From positions 960,001-1,024,000 of the forward strand of contig CAVSGM010000002.1 of NCBI GenBank assembly GCA_963727485.1: a DNA stretch of 64,000 nucleotides, read 5' to 3'. Below are positions 50,431-61,177 of the stretch, piece after piece. This stretch comes from an uncultured delta proteobacterium (lineage in GTDB: Bacteria; Myxococcota; Myxococcia; SLRQ01). The notes beneath the pieces are model-generated. The model was given only the letters and a program-made list of their open reading frames with translations. It searched no databases and had not been told where the DNA came from. Numbering within the stretch: the stretch's first letter is position 1; every line of letters begins with the position of its first letter. A program made the translations under genes and the position numbers.

Positions 50431-53028
50431 ATGGCCGAAGCGCACAACACGGTCCCGGTGAACATCGAAGACGAGATGCGCAAGTCGTATCTCGACTACT
50501 CGATGTCGGTCATCGTCGGCCGCGCCCTCCCCGACGTCCGCGACGGGCTCAAGCCGGTGCACCGCCGGGTGCTCTACGGGATGCAGGAGGCGGCCAACGC
50601 CTGGAACCGCCCCTACAAGAAGTCGGCGCGCATCGTCGGCGACGTCATGGGCAAGTACCACCCCCACGGCGACGCGGCGATCTACGACACCATCGTCCGC
50701 CTCGCCCAGGACTTCTCCATGCGCTACCCCCTGGTCGACGGCCAGGGGAACTTCGGCTCCATCGACGGCGACAGCGCCGCGGCCATGCGCTACACCGAGA
50801 TCCGGATGTCGCGGCTCGCGAGCGAGATGCTCGCCGACATCGACAAGGACACCGTCGACTTCGGGCCCAACTACGACGACAGCGACACCGAGCCGCTGGT
50901 CCTCCCGGCGCGCTTCCCCAACCTCTTGGTCAACGGGGCCGCGGGCATCGCCGTGGGCATGGCGACCAACGTCCCGCCCCACAACATGACCGAGGTCATC
51001 GACGCGGTCGTGCACCTCATCGGGAACCCCGAGGCCACCATCGCCGACCTGATGGCCTTCGTCCCCGGCCCCGACTTCCCCACCGGCGGCTACATCCACG
51101 GCCTCGAGGGCATCAAGCAGGCCTACGAGACCGGCCGCGGCTCGGTGCGGATGCGGGCCAAGAGCCACGTGGAGAACTGGGGCAAGAACGATGACCGCGA
51201 GGCCATCGTGGTCACCGAGATCCCCTACCAGGTCAACAAGGCGCGCCTCATCGAGAAGATCGCCGACCTGGTCCGGGACAAGCGCCTCGACGGCATCAGC
51301 GACCTGCGCGACGAGTCGGACCGCGACGGGATGCGCATCGTCATCGAGCTCAAGCGCGACGCCATGCCCGAGGTGGTGCGCAACAACCTGTTCAAGCACA
51401 CCCAGCTCCAGAGCACCTTCGGCGTGAACATGCTGGCCCTCGACCGGGGCCAGCCCAAGCTGCTGACCCTCAAGGAGTGCCTGGAGAAGTTCATCGACCA
51501 CCGCCGCGAGGTGGTCACCCGGCGCAGCCGCTACGAGCTGGCGAAGGCCCTGGAGCGCTTCCACGTCCTCGCCGGGCTCCTGGTCGCCACCGACCACATC
51601 GACCGGATCGTGGAGATCATCCGCGGGTCGCGCGACCCCGACGAGGCCCGGGCGCGGCTGATGGCCGAGACCTTCCGGGACATCGGCCCCCGCTTCGCCG
51701 AGTTCGTCGAGGCCCACGACGCCCAGATCGACGCCGCCCTCGAGACCGGCGAGTTCCACCTCGACGAGGTGCAGGCCAAGGCCATCCTGGAGATGCGCCT
51801 GGCCCGGCTCACCGGCCTCGAGCGCGAGAAGCTCCTCGACGAGATGCGCGCCCTGCGCGCGGAGATCGTCCGGCTCCAGGAGATCCTGGCCCACGACTCC
51901 AAGCTCCTCGAGGTCATCATCGGCGAGCTCGCCGAGGTCAAGAGCCAGTACGGCGACGCCCGGCGCACCGAGATCCGCCCCGACGAGGGCGAGATCAGCC
52001 TCGAGGACCTCATCGCCGACGAGGACATGGTCGTCACCATCAGCCACGCCGGCTACATCAAGCGCCTCGCCCTCACCGAGTACCGGGCCCAGCGCCGGGG
52101 CGGCCGCGGGAAGAGCGGGACCTCGCTCAAGGAAGAGGACTTCGTCGAGGACCTCTTCGTGGCCAGCACCCACACCCAGCTGCTGGTGTTCACCAGCGCC
52201 GGCAAGGTCCACTGGCTCAAGGTCCACGAGATCCCCCAGGCCAGCCGCGGGGCCAAGGGCAAGCCCATCGTCAACCTGCTCCAGCTCGCCGCCGACGAGC
52301 GGGTGCAGACGGTGCTCCCGGTCAAGGAGTTCACCGACGACCACTTCGTGGCCATGTTCACCCGCCAGGGGATCGTGAAGAAGACCGAGCTGACGGCCTA
52401 CTCCAACCCCCGGGCCGGCGGGATCATCGCCGTGAACATCGACGAGGGCGACCACCTCATCGCCGCCCGGCTCACCGACGGCGCCAGCGAGATGCTGGTC
52501 ACCACCACCGACGGGATGTCCATCCGCTTCCGGGAGAGCGACGTCCGCGGCATGGGCCGCACCGCCCGGGGGGTCAAGGCCATCACCCTGGCCAAGGGCG
52601 ACGAGGTGGTCGCCGCCTCGGTCCTCGCCGAGGGCCCGATCCTCACGGTCACCGAGAACGGCTACGGCAAGCGCACCCCGGTGGACGAGTACCGGATCCA
52701 GACCCGCGGCGGGAAGGGCATCATCACCATCAAGACCACCAAGCGCAACGGCGGCGTCGCCGGCGCCGCCCAGGTCAGCGACGACGACCAGGTGATGATC
52801 ATCACCAACTCCGGGGTGCTCATCCGGATGCGCGCCTCGGACATCTCGGTCATCGGCCGCAACACCCAGGGGGTGCGCCTCATCGCCCTCGAGAGCCGCG
52901 AGGAGAAGGTCACCGGGCTCGCCAAGATCGTCGAGACCGACGAAGAGGGAGACGACGGAGCCGACGGCGAGGGAGCCGACGGCGACCCGGCGGACGGCGA
53001 CGGGGGCGACGGGACCCAGACCCCATGA
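50431..53028 (+). CDS. gyrA: DNA gyrase subunit A
   Basis: [35 protein letters not shown] catalytic Tyr, GyrA-box QRRGGRG. Confidence 0.98.
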   Translation: MAEAHNTVPVNIEDEMRKSYLDYSMSVIVGRALPDVRDGLKPVHRRVLYGMQEAANAWNRPYKKSARIVGDVMGKYHPHGDAAIYDTIVRLAQDFSMRYPLVDGQGNFGSIDGDSAAAMRYTEIRMSRLASEMLADIDKDTVDFGPNYDDSDTEPLVLPARFPNLLVNGAAGIAVGMATNVPPHNMTEVIDAVVHLIGNPEATIADLMAFVPGPDFPTGGYIHGLEGIKQAYETGRGSVRMRAKSHVENWGKNDDREAIVVTEIPYQVNKARLIEKIADLVRDKRLDGISDLRDESDRDGMRIVIELKRDAMPEVVRNNLFKHTQLQSTFGVNMLALDRGQPKLLTLKECLEKFIDHRREVVTRRSRYELAKALERFHVLAGLLVATDHIDRIVEIIRGSRDPDEARARLMAETFRDIGPRFAEFVEAHDAQIDAALETGEFHLDEVQAKAILEMRLARLTGLEREKLLDEMRALRAEIVRLQEILAHDSKLLEVIIGELAEVKSQYGDARRTEIRPDEGEISLEDLIADEDMVVTISHAGYIKRLALTEYRAQRRGGRGKSGTSLKEEDFVEDLFVASTHTQLLVFTSAGKVHWLKVHEIPQASRGAKGKPIVNLLQLAADERVQTVLPVKEFTDDHFVAMFTRQGIVKKTELTAYSNPRAGGIIAVNIDEGDHLIAARLTDGASEMLVTTTDGMSIRFRESDVRGMGRTARGVKAITLAKGDEVVAASVLAEGPILTVTENGYGKRTPVDEYRIQTRGGKGIITIKTTKRNGGVAGAAQVSDDDQVMIITNSGVLIRMRASDISVIGRNTQGVRLIALESREEKVTGLAKIVETDEEGDDGADGEGADGDPADGDGGDGTQTP

Positions 53029-53873
53029 CCCGGCGGCACCGGGGCGGGCGGGTGGCGCTCCTTTGGCTGGTGCTGGCGCTCGCCGCCTGCGGCAACCCCG
53101 CCCGGCACCACCTCGACCGGGCCGACGACCTCGCCTTCCAGGGGCGGCCCAAGGCGGCCCTCGCCGAGGTGAAGCTCGCCCTCGACGCCCTGCGGGGGAA
53201 GCAGGACGCGAGCAGCCAGAAGCTGCGCCTCGAGGCCCTGGCCCGGGGCGGGCGGCTGTGCCACCTCTTCCTCCACGCCCCCAAGGCGGCGCTCACCTTC
53301 TACCGGGCCCTGGTGGAGGACGCCCCGGGCTCGGACCTCGCCTTCCAGGCCCGGCAGCAGATGGCCGATATCCACCTGGTCGACCTCTCCGACCGCGCCG
53401 GGGCCATCGCCCAGTACCAGGCCCTGGTCGCCGCCTTCCCCGAGCGCCCCGGCGTGGACCACTTCCAGTACCAGGTGGCCCAGGGCTACTTCCACCTGCG
53501 CGAGTACGCCCAGACCCGCACCGAGGCCCGGCACCTGGTGGACCGCTACCCCAAGAGCCCCTGGGTCGACGACGCCCTCTACCTCGTCGGCGCCGCCTGG
53601 CACGCCCAGGGCAAGCTCGACAAGGCCATCGACGCCTACCAGACCCTGGTCACCCGCTTCCCCCACTCGAAGCTGGTGCCCCGGGCCCAGGTGGAGATCG
53701 GCAACTGCCTCGAGGAGGGCGGCCACGACGCCAGGGCGCTGGCGGTCTACCTCGCGGCCCTGCCCACCCACCCCGACCCCACCACCGTGCACATGAAGAT
53801 CGAGCGCCTCCAGGCGCGGATGGCCGCCGCCGGCGTCGGCGGGACCAAGGCCGACCTGCGCCCCAAGCACTGA
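53025..53873 (+). CDS. TPR lipoprotein
   Basis: ATGA overlap with gyrA, lipobox LAAC, TPR-like repeats ([12 protein letters not shown]). Confidence 0.8.
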   Translation: MTRRHRGGRVALLWLVLALAACGNPARHHLDRADDLAFQGRPKAALAEVKLALDALRGKQDASSQKLRLEALARGGRLCHLFLHAPKAALTFYRALVEDAPGSDLAFQARQQMADIHLVDLSDRAGAIAQYQALVAAFPERPGVDHFQYQVAQGYFHLREYAQTRTEARHLVDRYPKSPWVDDALYLVGAAWHAQGKLDKAIDAYQTLVTRFPHSKLVPRAQVEIGNCLEEGGHDARALAVYLAALPTHPDPTTVHMKIERLQARMAAAGVGGTKADLRPKH

Positions 53874-53886
53874 CCGGAGAGACCCC

Positions 53887-55182
53887 ATGCGCAAGCAGGA
53901 GAAGTCCAGGGAGCTGATGAAGCAGGCGATGGCCCTGATGCCCGGCGGGGTGAACTCGCCGGTGCGCGCCTTCCGGGCGGTGGGCGGGGACCCGCCGGTG
54001 ATCGCCCGGGCCAAGGGGGCCTACCTCCACGACGTCGACGGCAACCGCTACGTGGACTACGTGGGCACCTGGGGCCCGGCGATCCTGGGCCACGCCGACG
54101 ACGAGGTGGTCGAGGCGGTGTGCGCCGCCGCCCAGGACGGCACCAGCTTCGGGGCGCCGACCGCGCGCGAGGTGCGCCTCGCCCGCATGGTGATCGACGC
54201 GGTGGACTCGGTGGAGAAGGTGCGCTTCGTCAGTAGCGGCACCGAGGCCACCATGAGCGCCCTGCGCCTCGCCCGGGCCGCCACCGGCCGCGACCGGATC
54301 GTCAAGTTCGACGGCTGCTACCACGGCCACGGGGACAGCCTGCTGGTGAAGGCGGGCTCGGGGGTCGAGACCCTGGGCCTCCCGGACTCCCCGGGGGTCC
54401 CCAAGGCGCTCGCCGAGCTCACCATCACCCTGCCCTTCAACGACCTCGCCGCGGTGGCGCAGCTCTTCGCCGAGCGCGGCGAGGAGATCGCCTGCATCAT
54501 CACCGAGCCGGCGGTGGGGAACATGGGCCTCATCCTCCCCGAGGACGGCTTCCTCCCGGGGCTGCGGAAGCTCTGCGACGACCACGGGGTGCTGCTCATC
54601 CTCGACGAGGTGATGACCGGGTTCCGGGTGGCCCTCGGCGGCGCCCAGCAGGTCTACGGGGTGCGCCCGGACCTGACCACCTTCGGCAAGGTCATCGGCG
54701 GCGGGCTGCCGGTGGGCGCCTACGGCGGCCGCGCGGACCTCATGGACCAGGTGGCGCCTTCGGGGCCCGTGTACCAGGCGGGGACCCTCTCGGGGAACCC
54801 GCTGGCCATGGCCGCGGGCATCGCCACCTTGGAGCGCCTCGCCGAGCCCCACACCTACGAGAAGCTCGAGCGCCAGAGCGCCCGGCTCGCCGAGGGGCTC
54901 CTCGCCGCGGCGAAGGACGCCGGGGTCGAGGCCTTCGGCACCCGGGTGGGCTCGATGCTCGGCCTCTACTTCCAGGGCGGGCCGGTGAGAAACGCCGACG
55001 ACGCCCGGAAGAGCGACACCGCCGCCTTCGGCCGCTACCACCGGGCGATGCTCGACCACGGGGTGTACCTGGCGCCCAGCCAGTTCGAGTCGAGCTTCGT
55101 GAGCCTCGCCCACGACGACGCGGCCATCGACCAGACCCTCGACGCCGCCGCCGAGGCCTTCAAGGTGGTGGCGGCGGGCTGA
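53887..55182 (+). CDS. hemL: Glutamate-1-semialdehyde 2,1-aminomutase
   Basis: [47 protein letters not shown]. Confidence 0.97.
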   Translation: MRKQEKSRELMKQAMALMPGGVNSPVRAFRAVGGDPPVIARAKGAYLHDVDGNRYVDYVGTWGPAILGHADDEVVEAVCAAAQDGTSFGAPTAREVRLARMVIDAVDSVEKVRFVSSGTEATMSALRLARAATGRDRIVKFDGCYHGHGDSLLVKAGSGVETLGLPDSPGVPKALAELTITLPFNDLAAVAQLFAERGEEIACIITEPAVGNMGLILPEDGFLPGLRKLCDDHGVLLILDEVMTGFRVALGGAQQVYGVRPDLTTFGKVIGGGLPVGAYGGRADLMDQVAPSGPVYQAGTLSGNPLAMAAGIATLERLAEPHTYEKLERQSARLAEGLLAAAKDAGVEAFGTRVGSMLGLYFQGGPVRNADDARKSDTAAFGRYHRAMLDHGVYLAPSQFESSFVSLAHDDAAIDQTLDAAAEAFKVVAAG

Positions 55183-55198
55183 CCTGGGACCCGCGGGA

Positions 55199-55783
55199 TC
55201 AGGGGCCGGCGTCGGCCGTGCCCCCGTCCGAAGCGCCGGAGGGGCAGCTCGCCCGGCCCGCGCAGGTGCCGTCGGCGTCGAGGATGGTCTGCGCGGTCAC
55301 CCCGTCGACGAGGCCGTCCGCGGTGCTGCCGCTGTGGAAGAGGCCGTCGGCCTCGCGCCACAGGTAGCCGCTACCCTCGACCACCGAGGGGTCGTCCTTC
55401 CAGAGGAAGAGGTAGCCCTCGGTGTCCTGACCTCCCTGCACCAGCACCGCTCGCTCGGCCGGCACCTCGGGGATCGCCAGGGCGCCGGAGGCGGTGTCGA
55501 AGCGGCCGAACATCTTGAGCGTGTGCGCCCCGGTGGCCAGGGAGCCCCGGACCACCTGGTCCACCTGGAAGGTCACGGGGGTCCGGTCTCGGCCGTTGCC
55601 GTCGACGTAGCTGGTCCCCCAGCTCGTCACCCGGGCGTGGGCCAGCACCCCCGCGTTCTCCGAGAGGGTGCAGAGGCCGACCCCGTTTGCCGCGTAGACG
55701 CCGCCATCCGTCGCCGGGCTGCAGGCACCGAGGGCGCCGACGGCGAGAATCAACAGCGTGATGCCTTGCGCGTCTCGTCCCAC
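55199..55783 (-). CDS. Hypothetical lipoprotein
   Basis: GGAG RBS, lipobox LGAC. Confidence 0.65.
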   Translation of the reverse strand: MGRDAQGITLLILAVGALGACSPATDGGVYAANGVGLCTLSENAGVLAHARVTSWGTSYVDGNGRDRTPVTFQVDQVVRGSLATGAHTLKMFGRFDTASGALAIPEVPAERAVLVQGGQDTEGYLFLWKDDPSVVEGSGYLWREADGLFHSGSTADGLVDGVTAQTILDADGTCAGRASCPSGASDGGTADAGP

Positions 55784-55801
55784 GTCTCCCCCAAGGGCGC
55801 G

Positions 55802-56152
55802 TCAGGTCGACGCCGCGCGGCGGGCCGCGATTGTCCGCACCATCACCGCGACGCCCCCGAGGAGCGCCACCGCCACGCCCGCGAGCCCGGTGGCGCCGAG
55901 GAGCGCCTGCACCGCCGCGGTCTGGACGTCGAGGGTCGCCGGGTCCACGTGGGCATGGGGGGCCTGGGCGTGGGCCCAGAGCTGCATCACCTGGGCGCCG
56001 TGCCACCCGAGGCCCATCAGGCCGAGGAGCGCCACGAGCGCCAGGCACCCGAACACCAGCGGCCGCAGGTCGAGGTGCCGGGGCCGGATCATCTGCACCA
56101 CGGCCGCGAGCCCGCCGACGATCGCCGCCGCCCACACCAGGTCGAGGATCAT
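55802..56152 (-). CDS. Small 3-TM membrane protein (paralog of 56546..56926)
   Basis: LVWA.AI.G.L.AVVQMI..R.LDL.PL shared with the paralog. Confidence 0.8.
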   Translation of the reverse strand: MILDLVWAAAIVGGLAAVVQMIRPRHLDLRPLVFGCLALVALLGLMGLGWHGAQVMQLWAHAQAPHAHVDPATLDVQTAAVQALLGATGLAGVAVALLGGVAVMVRTIAARRAAST

Positions 56153-56520
56153 GCCGGCCTCCCGCCGAGGTTGGCCTGGAGGGTGCCGGCGAGGGCCACG
56201 AGGACCAGCTCCACCGCGGCGACCCCCAGGGCCAGGACCAGGGGGTAGAGGGAGATGGCACTGCTCATGGACTCCAGGGCGACGCGCTGGTCCGGGGCCG
56301 CGGCCGCGGCCGCCTGCATCGTCTGCTGGAAGCCGATGGCGCTGCCGAGGAGGCCCAGGGCCACGACCCCGGCGATGCCCGCCCAGGCGAAGGCGCCGAG
56401 GCGGCTCTCCCGGCGTGCGAGGGCCTGGAAGAGCCAGGCGAGGCAGATCCCGATCCCCGTCAGGCCCGCGAGGACCACCGGGTACATCCAGATGCCGCCG
56501 TCTGCGAACGCGTTCAACAT
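56149..56520 (-). CDS. Small 3-TM MotA/TolQ/ExbB-like protein (paralog of 56923..57291)
   Basis: F.DGGIWMYPV N-terminus; LGLLGSAIGF; AAAAPDQ...AISLYPL.LALG. Confidence 0.75.
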   Translation of the reverse strand: MLNAFADGGIWMYPVVLAGLTGIGICLAWLFQALARRESRLGAFAWAGIAGVVALGLLGSAIGFQQTMQAAAAAAPDQRVALESMSSAISLYPLVLALGVAAVELVLVALAGTLQANLGGRPA

Positions 56521-56545
56521 GGCAGGGTCCTCCCGGTGGCTCCGA

Positions 56546-56926
56546 TCAGACCGCCGGCGTCGGGCTCGCCGGGGGCTCGGGGGCCGCGGCCGGCTCGGGG
56601 CGCGGGCCGAGGAGGTCCCGGAGGAAGATGGCGATGCCCCCGAGGCCCGAGATGCCCCCGACCCCGACCGCCAGGGCGAGGATGCCGTGGATGGCGTCGG
56701 AGACGTGCTGGGCCAGGAGCACCGCCCGCACGTCCGGGGTCCCCTGGGCGACGGCCCGGAGCGCGCCCGAGAGCTCCAGGCTCACGTCGAGGAGGCCGAG
56801 GACGACCACCAGGGCCAGGCTCGCGAGGATGAGGGGCCCCAGGTCGAGGCGCCGGGCGGTGATCATCTGGACCACCGCGACCAGCATCCCGGCGATCGCC
56901 ACCGCCCACACCAACAGGCCGATCAT
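56546..56926 (-). CDS. Small 3-TM membrane protein
   Basis: Three hydrophobic segments; ATGA overlap with the upstream gene. Confidence 0.8.
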   Translation of the reverse strand: MIGLLVWAVAIAGMLVAVVQMITARRLDLGPLILASLALVVVLGLLDVSLELSGALRAVAQGTPDVRAVLLAQHVSDAIHGILALAVGVGGISGLGGIAIFLRDLLGPRPEPAAAPEPPASPTPAV

Positions 56927-57291
56927 GCGCGCACCGCCCGGGTCGCCCGGAGGGTCCGGGCGAGCATGGTGAGGACCACCTGCGCCGCCGCCAGGCCCAG
57001 GGCCAGGAGCAGGGGATAGAGGGAGATGGCGGTGCCCATCAGGCCCAGCGCCTCCTTCTGATCCGGGGCCGCCGCCGCCAGCGCCTCGAAGGTCTGGATG
57101 AGGTTCACCCCCAGGGCCAGGAGCCCGGCGGCGAGGGTGAGCCCGATGCCCGCGACCACCAGTCCCTCGACGTCGCGCCGGGTGCGGCGGGTCGCGAGGA
57201 CGAGGTGGGCGAGGGCCAGGACCAGGCCCACGAGGCCCACCAGGAGCACCAGGTAGGCGTAGGGGCCGGCGTCGATGAAGAAGTGCGCCAT
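56923..57291 (-). CDS. Small 3-TM MotA/TolQ/ExbB-like protein
   Basis: FFIDAGPYAY; GLLALGVNLIQTFEAL; AAAAPDQ...AISLYPLLLALG. Confidence 0.75.
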   Translation of the reverse strand: MAHFFIDAGPYAYLVLLVGLVGLVLALAHLVLATRRTRRDVEGLVVAGIGLTLAAGLLALGVNLIQTFEALAAAAPDQKEALGLMGTAISLYPLLLALGLAAAQVVLTMLARTLRATRAVRA

Positions 57292-57382
57292 CGCGGGTAC
57301 CCTAGCAGCCCGGAACTGGGGTGTCACCCTGCGGGAGACCGCTCGCTTGGGCCCCCGGCGCCGACGCGCTGCGCCGCGCTGC

Positions 57383-57411
57383 TTGACCCCCTCAGGACCC
57401 TATGCTATCCG
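57383..57411 (+). promoter_or_regulatory. Possible promoter of the F0 operon
   Basis: TTGACC-N17-TATCCG with a TGn extension. Confidence 0.4.
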
Positions 57412-57467
57412 TCCCCTCCCCCGTTGGGGTGTGACCACACCAAATACTTGTAGTTACTGGCTTTTTC

Positions 57468-57740
57468 GTGGCCGCCGATCCAGAAGACCGGGAGCGTCCA
57501 GGGGAGGACGACGAAGAGGGCCTTTCGGACCTCGCCCGGGCCTATCGGAAGTCGGCCCCGTACCTCTACATCGGATGGACCCTCGCCGGGGCGATGACCC
57601 TCGGTACCCTGGGGGGATACTGGCTCGATCAGAAGCTCGGGACCACGCCCTGGCTCCTCATCACCGGCGCAGTCCTGGGCATGGTCGCCGGCTTCGTCGA
57701 GCTCATCCGCGCGGTCAACAAGCTGAACCAGAAGAAATGA
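57468..57740 (+). CDS. atpZ: AtpZ/AtpI family protein
   Basis: GYWLDQKLGTTPWL..G..LG...GF; first gene of the atp operon. Confidence 0.85.
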   Translation: MAADPEDRERPGEDDEEGLSDLARAYRKSAPYLYIGWTLAGAMTLGTLGGYWLDQKLGTTPWLLITGAVLGMVAGFVELIRAVNKLNQKK

Positions 57741-58114
57741 CCTTCCTCCGCACCACCGCCCTCATCCTCGTCGCCTCCGTGGCCCTGGCCGCGGTCGTGG
57801 GCGCCGTCAGTGGCGCCTGGACCGGCGCCGCCGTCGGGGGCGGGGTCAGCCTCGCCGCCTCCCTGGTGATCCTGGCCATCATGCACCTGGTGCTGGTGGC
57901 CGGGGGCCCGAGCATGCCCCGGTTCATGGGCGCGGTCTTCGGGGGGATGCTCCTGCGGATGGTGCTCCTCGGCGCCGGCCTCGCCGCGGTGCTCAAGCTC
58001 CTCGCGGGGGCGGTGCTCCCCTTCGTCATCGCCTTCTTCCTCGTGTACCTGGTCAGCCAGGTCCTCGAGATCCGCTACGTCCACCTCGCGGGCCGCGCCC
58101 GCGCCGCCGCCTGA
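57737..58114 (+). CDS. atpI: ATP synthase protein I-like 4-TM protein
   Basis: Hydrophobic 125 aa between atpZ and atpB; GGMLLRMV. Confidence 0.75.
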   Translation: MTFLRTTALILVASVALAAVVGAVSGAWTGAAVGGGVSLAASLVILAIMHLVLVAGGPSMPRFMGAVFGGMLLRMVLLGAGLAAVLKLLAGAVLPFVIAFFLVYLVSQVLEIRYVHLAGRARAAA

Positions 58115-58119
58115 TTCCC

Positions 58120-59055
58120 ATGAAGCGCACCCACGCTCCCGTCTGGATCACGCTGCTTGGCGCGGTCCTCCTCCTCTCCACCGCCGCCCGGGCCGAAGGG
58201 CCCCAGAAGGCCGGCGAGCACGAGAAGAAGCCCTTCGCCCAGGTCATGATGCACGACATCATGAACGGGTACTGGGTCGAGATCCCCTGGCCCAACGCCT
58301 CGCTCAAGAAGGAGATCGATCTCCACGAGGTCTTCGGCCACTGGGACGTGACCATCGCCGGGCACACCGTCGACCTCACCCCCAGCCGCTACGTGCTCAT
58401 CCTCTGGTTCGCGGCCATCGCGCTCTTCCTCATCTTCGGGGTCTACGGGCGCAAGGGCTACGACGAGAAGGGCGTGCCCAAGGGGTTCAACAACGGCCTC
58501 GAGGCGCTGGTCCTCTTCGTCCGCGACGACATGGTGACCGCGACCATCGGGAAGAAGGACGCGGAGTACTTCACGCCGCTCATCGCCACCTTCTTCTTCC
58601 TCATCCTGTTCTCGAACATGCTGGGCCTGGTGCCCTACGCCTCGGTCATCACCAACAACCTGGCGGTCACCGGGGGCCTGGCGGCCATCGCCTTCGTGGC
58701 CATCCAGTTCGCGGGGATGCGCGCCCAGGGGGCGTTGGGCTACTGGCTCCACCTGGTGCCCTCGGGGGTGCCCTGGTGGCTGTGGCCCATCATGATCCCC
58801 ATCGAGATCATGGGCCTGTTCGCCAAGCCCTTCGCCCTGGCCGTCCGGCTCTTCGCCAACATGACCGCCGGCCACGTGGTCATCCTCTCGCTCATCGGGC
58901 TCATCTTCGTGCTCAACACCGCCGCCATGGCCGCGGTGAGCGTGCCGTTCGCGCTGTTCATCTACCTGCTCGAGATCCTGGTGGCCCTCATCCAGGCCTA
59001 CGTCTTCGCGATGCTCACCGCCCTGTTCATCGGGCTGGCATCCCACGCCCACTAG
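58120..59055 (+). CDS. atpB: ATP synthase F0 subunit a
   Basis: KPFALAVRLFANMTAGH, LEILVALIQAYVF. Confidence 0.97.
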   Translation: MKRTHAPVWITLLGAVLLLSTAARAEGPQKAGEHEKKPFAQVMMHDIMNGYWVEIPWPNASLKKEIDLHEVFGHWDVTIAGHTVDLTPSRYVLILWFAAIALFLIFGVYGRKGYDEKGVPKGFNNGLEALVLFVRDDMVTATIGKKDAEYFTPLIATFFFLILFSNMLGLVPYASVITNNLAVTGGLAAIAFVAIQFAGMRAQGALGYWLHLVPSGVPWWLWPIMIPIEIMGLFAKPFALAVRLFANMTAGHVVILSLIGLIFVLNTAAMAAVSVPFALFIYLLEILVALIQAYVFAMLTALFIGLASHAH

Positions 59056-59099
59056 CAGCACCCCCTACCGCGACACCCAATCCTCAAGGAGCGTTTCCC

Positions 59100-59348
59100 A
59101 TGGCCCACAGCGTCCTTCACATCGCCCTCGGTTACCTCGGCGCCGGCATCGGTGCCGGCCTCGCCGTCATCGGCGCCGGCATCGGCATCGGCACCCTCGC
59201 CAACGGGGCCATGGAGGGCAGCGCCCGCCAGCCCTCGGCCCTCGGCGAGATCCGGACCTCGATGATCATCGCCGCCGCCCTCATCGAGGGCGTCGCGCTC
59301 TTCGCCGAGGTCATCTGCATCCTGCTCGCCCTCAAGGTGGCAGGCTAG
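59100..59348 (+). CDS. atpE: ATP synthase F0 subunit c
   Basis: GAGIGIG, ARQP, ALIEGVALF; AAGGAG RBS. Confidence 0.97.
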   Translation: MAHSVLHIALGYLGAGIGAGLAVIGAGIGIGTLANGAMEGSARQPSALGEIRTSMIIAAALIEGVALFAEVICILLALKVAG

Positions 59349-59384
59349 CCGTCTCCGACGTCGCACCGGCACCGAGGTTCTCCC

Positions 59385-59915
59385 ATGCATCTGCCCCTGC
59401 TCTTCGGCAGCGCCCTGACCGACATCGATCCGGGTCTGGTCATCTGGACCCTGATCACCTTCACCATCCTGCTCGTCGTCCTCTCCCGGACCGCCTGGAA
59501 GCCCATCCTCCGGACCGTGGAGGAGCGGGAGAACCGCATCCGTGAGGCGGTGGAGGCGGCGGCCAAGGAGCGCCAGGAAGCCGAGCGGATGATCAAGGAG
59601 CACCAGGCCGCCATGGACGCCGCCCGCAAGGAGGCGGCGGAGATGGTGCGCCAGGCCCAGGCCCAGGCCGAGAAGTCCCGGGAGGAGCACCTGGAGAAGG
59701 CCCGCAAGGAGGCCGAGGGGCTCGTCGCCCAGGCGCGGACCCAGATCCAGGAGGAGCGGCGCAAGGCCGTCGCCGAGATCCGCCAGGCCACCGTGGACCT
59801 GGCGATCCAGGCGGCGGGCAAGCTCATCGAGTCCTCGATGGACGAGGGCAAGCAGCGCCAGCTCGTCGAGCAGTACCTCGCCGAGCTCCCGGAGGCGGAG
59901 CGCCAGGTTTCCTGA
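59385..59915 (+). CDS. atpF: ATP synthase F0 subunit b
   Basis: PGLVIWTLITF..L..AWKPI...ERE..I, then coiled coil. Confidence 0.95.
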   Translation: MHLPLLFGSALTDIDPGLVIWTLITFTILLVVLSRTAWKPILRTVEERENRIREAVEAAAKERQEAERMIKEHQAAMDAARKEAAEMVRQAQAQAEKSREEHLEKARKEAEGLVAQARTQIQEERRKAVAEIRQATVDLAIQAAGKLIESSMDEGKQRQLVEQYLAELPEAERQVS

Positions 59916-59942
59916 CCGGTCGGCTCCGGCGACAGACCCACC

Positions 59943-59978
59943 GCGGCCGGCCCGGGCACCGGGACCGGCCGCTTCCTT
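59943..59978 (+). terminator. Possible terminator after atpF
   Basis: GCGGCCGG...CCGGCCGC stem with an inner CCCGG/CCGGG pairing, followed by TTCCTT. Confidence 0.4.
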
Positions 59979-59989
59979 GGTTCCAGCAC

Positions 59990-61099
59990 ATGGCCATCAA
60001 CATCGGCATCGTCGGCCTGCCCAACGTGGGCAAGTCCACCCTCTTCAACGCCCTCTCCGCCGCCGGCGCCGAGGCAGCGAACTTCCCCTTCTGCACCATC
60101 GAGCCCAACGTGGGCGTGGTGCCGGTCCCCGACGAGCGGCTGGCCAAGCTCGCCGCCCTCTACGACTCCAAGAAGGTCATCGCCACCAGCCTCGAGTTCG
60201 TGGACATCGCCGGGCTGGTGAAGGGCGCCAGCCGCGGCGAGGGCCTGGGCAACCAGTTCCTCGCCCACATCCGCCAGGTCGACGCCATCGCGCACGTGGT
60301 CCGGTGCTTCGAGGACGAGAACGTGGTCCACGTCGACGGCTCGGTGGACCCGGCCCGCGACGTGGAGGTGATCCACACCGAGCTGGCCCTGCGGGACCTG
60401 GACACGGTGCAGAAGCGCCTGGACAAGGCGCTGAAGTTCGCCAAGGCCCCGGGGAAGCCCGGTGAGGAGGCGAAGGCCGAGGCCGCGGTCCTGGAGAAGC
60501 TCCGGGTCCACCTCGACGCCGGCCGGCCCGCCCGGTCGCTCGCCCTCGACGAGGCCGAGGCCGCCATCGTCCGGGAGCTCTTCCTGCTGACCATGAAGCC
60601 GGTGATGTACGTGGCCAACGTCGCCGAGGCCGACGCCGCCGCCCCCGACAAGGTCCCCCACGTCCAGGCGCTCCGGGCGCTCGCCGCCGAGGAGGGCGCC
60701 CCGGTGCTGGTCATCAGCGCCGCCATCGAGGCCGAGCTCTCCCAGCTCCCCGAGGAAGAGCAGGGCGAGTACCTGGCCTCCCTGGGCCTCACCGAGTCCG
60801 GCCTCCACCAGGTCATCGCCGCCGGCTACCAGCTCCTCGGCCTCATCACCTTCCTCACCGCCGGCCCCGAGGAGACCCGGGCCTGGACGGTGCGCCGGGG
60901 CGCCCGGGCCCCCGAGGCCGCCGGGGTCATCCACACCGACTTCCAGCGCGGCTTCATCAAGGCCGAGGTGATCCGCTGGGAGGACCTGGTGGAGATGGGC
61001 TCCGAGGCCGCGGTGCGCCAGGCGGGCAAGCTGCGCATCGAGGGCAAGGAGTACGTGGTGCAGGACGGCGACGTGATGCACTTCCGGTTCAACGTCTGA
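59990..61099 (+). CDS. ychF: Obg-family ATPase YchF
   Basis: GIVGLPNVGKSTLFNAL, NFPFCTIEPN, DIAGLVKGAS.GEGLGN, GKEYVVQDGD..HFRFNV. Confidence 0.97.
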   Translation: MAINIGIVGLPNVGKSTLFNALSAAGAEAANFPFCTIEPNVGVVPVPDERLAKLAALYDSKKVIATSLEFVDIAGLVKGASRGEGLGNQFLAHIRQVDAIAHVVRCFEDENVVHVDGSVDPARDVEVIHTELALRDLDTVQKRLDKALKFAKAPGKPGEEAKAEAAVLEKLRVHLDAGRPARSLALDEAEAAIVRELFLLTMKPVMYVANVAEADAAAPDKVPHVQALRALAAEEGAPVLVISAAIEAELSQLPEEEQGEYLASLGLTESGLHQVIAAGYQLLGLITFLTAGPEETRAWTVRRGARAPEAAGVIHTDFQRGFIKAEVIRWEDLVEMGSEAAVRQAGKLRIEGKEYVVQDGDVMHFRFNV

Positions 61100-61177
61100 T
61101 GAGCCGGCGCCGGGCCCCGGATCGCACCCCCTGGCCCCGCCCGACGCGGCGGCCTAGCTTGGCGTCGGGAGGACCCG

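Noticed and set aside
50431..53028. parC, or an anomalous gyrA lacking gyrB
   Set aside because: The GyrA-box is present, and separation of gyrA from gyrB is common.
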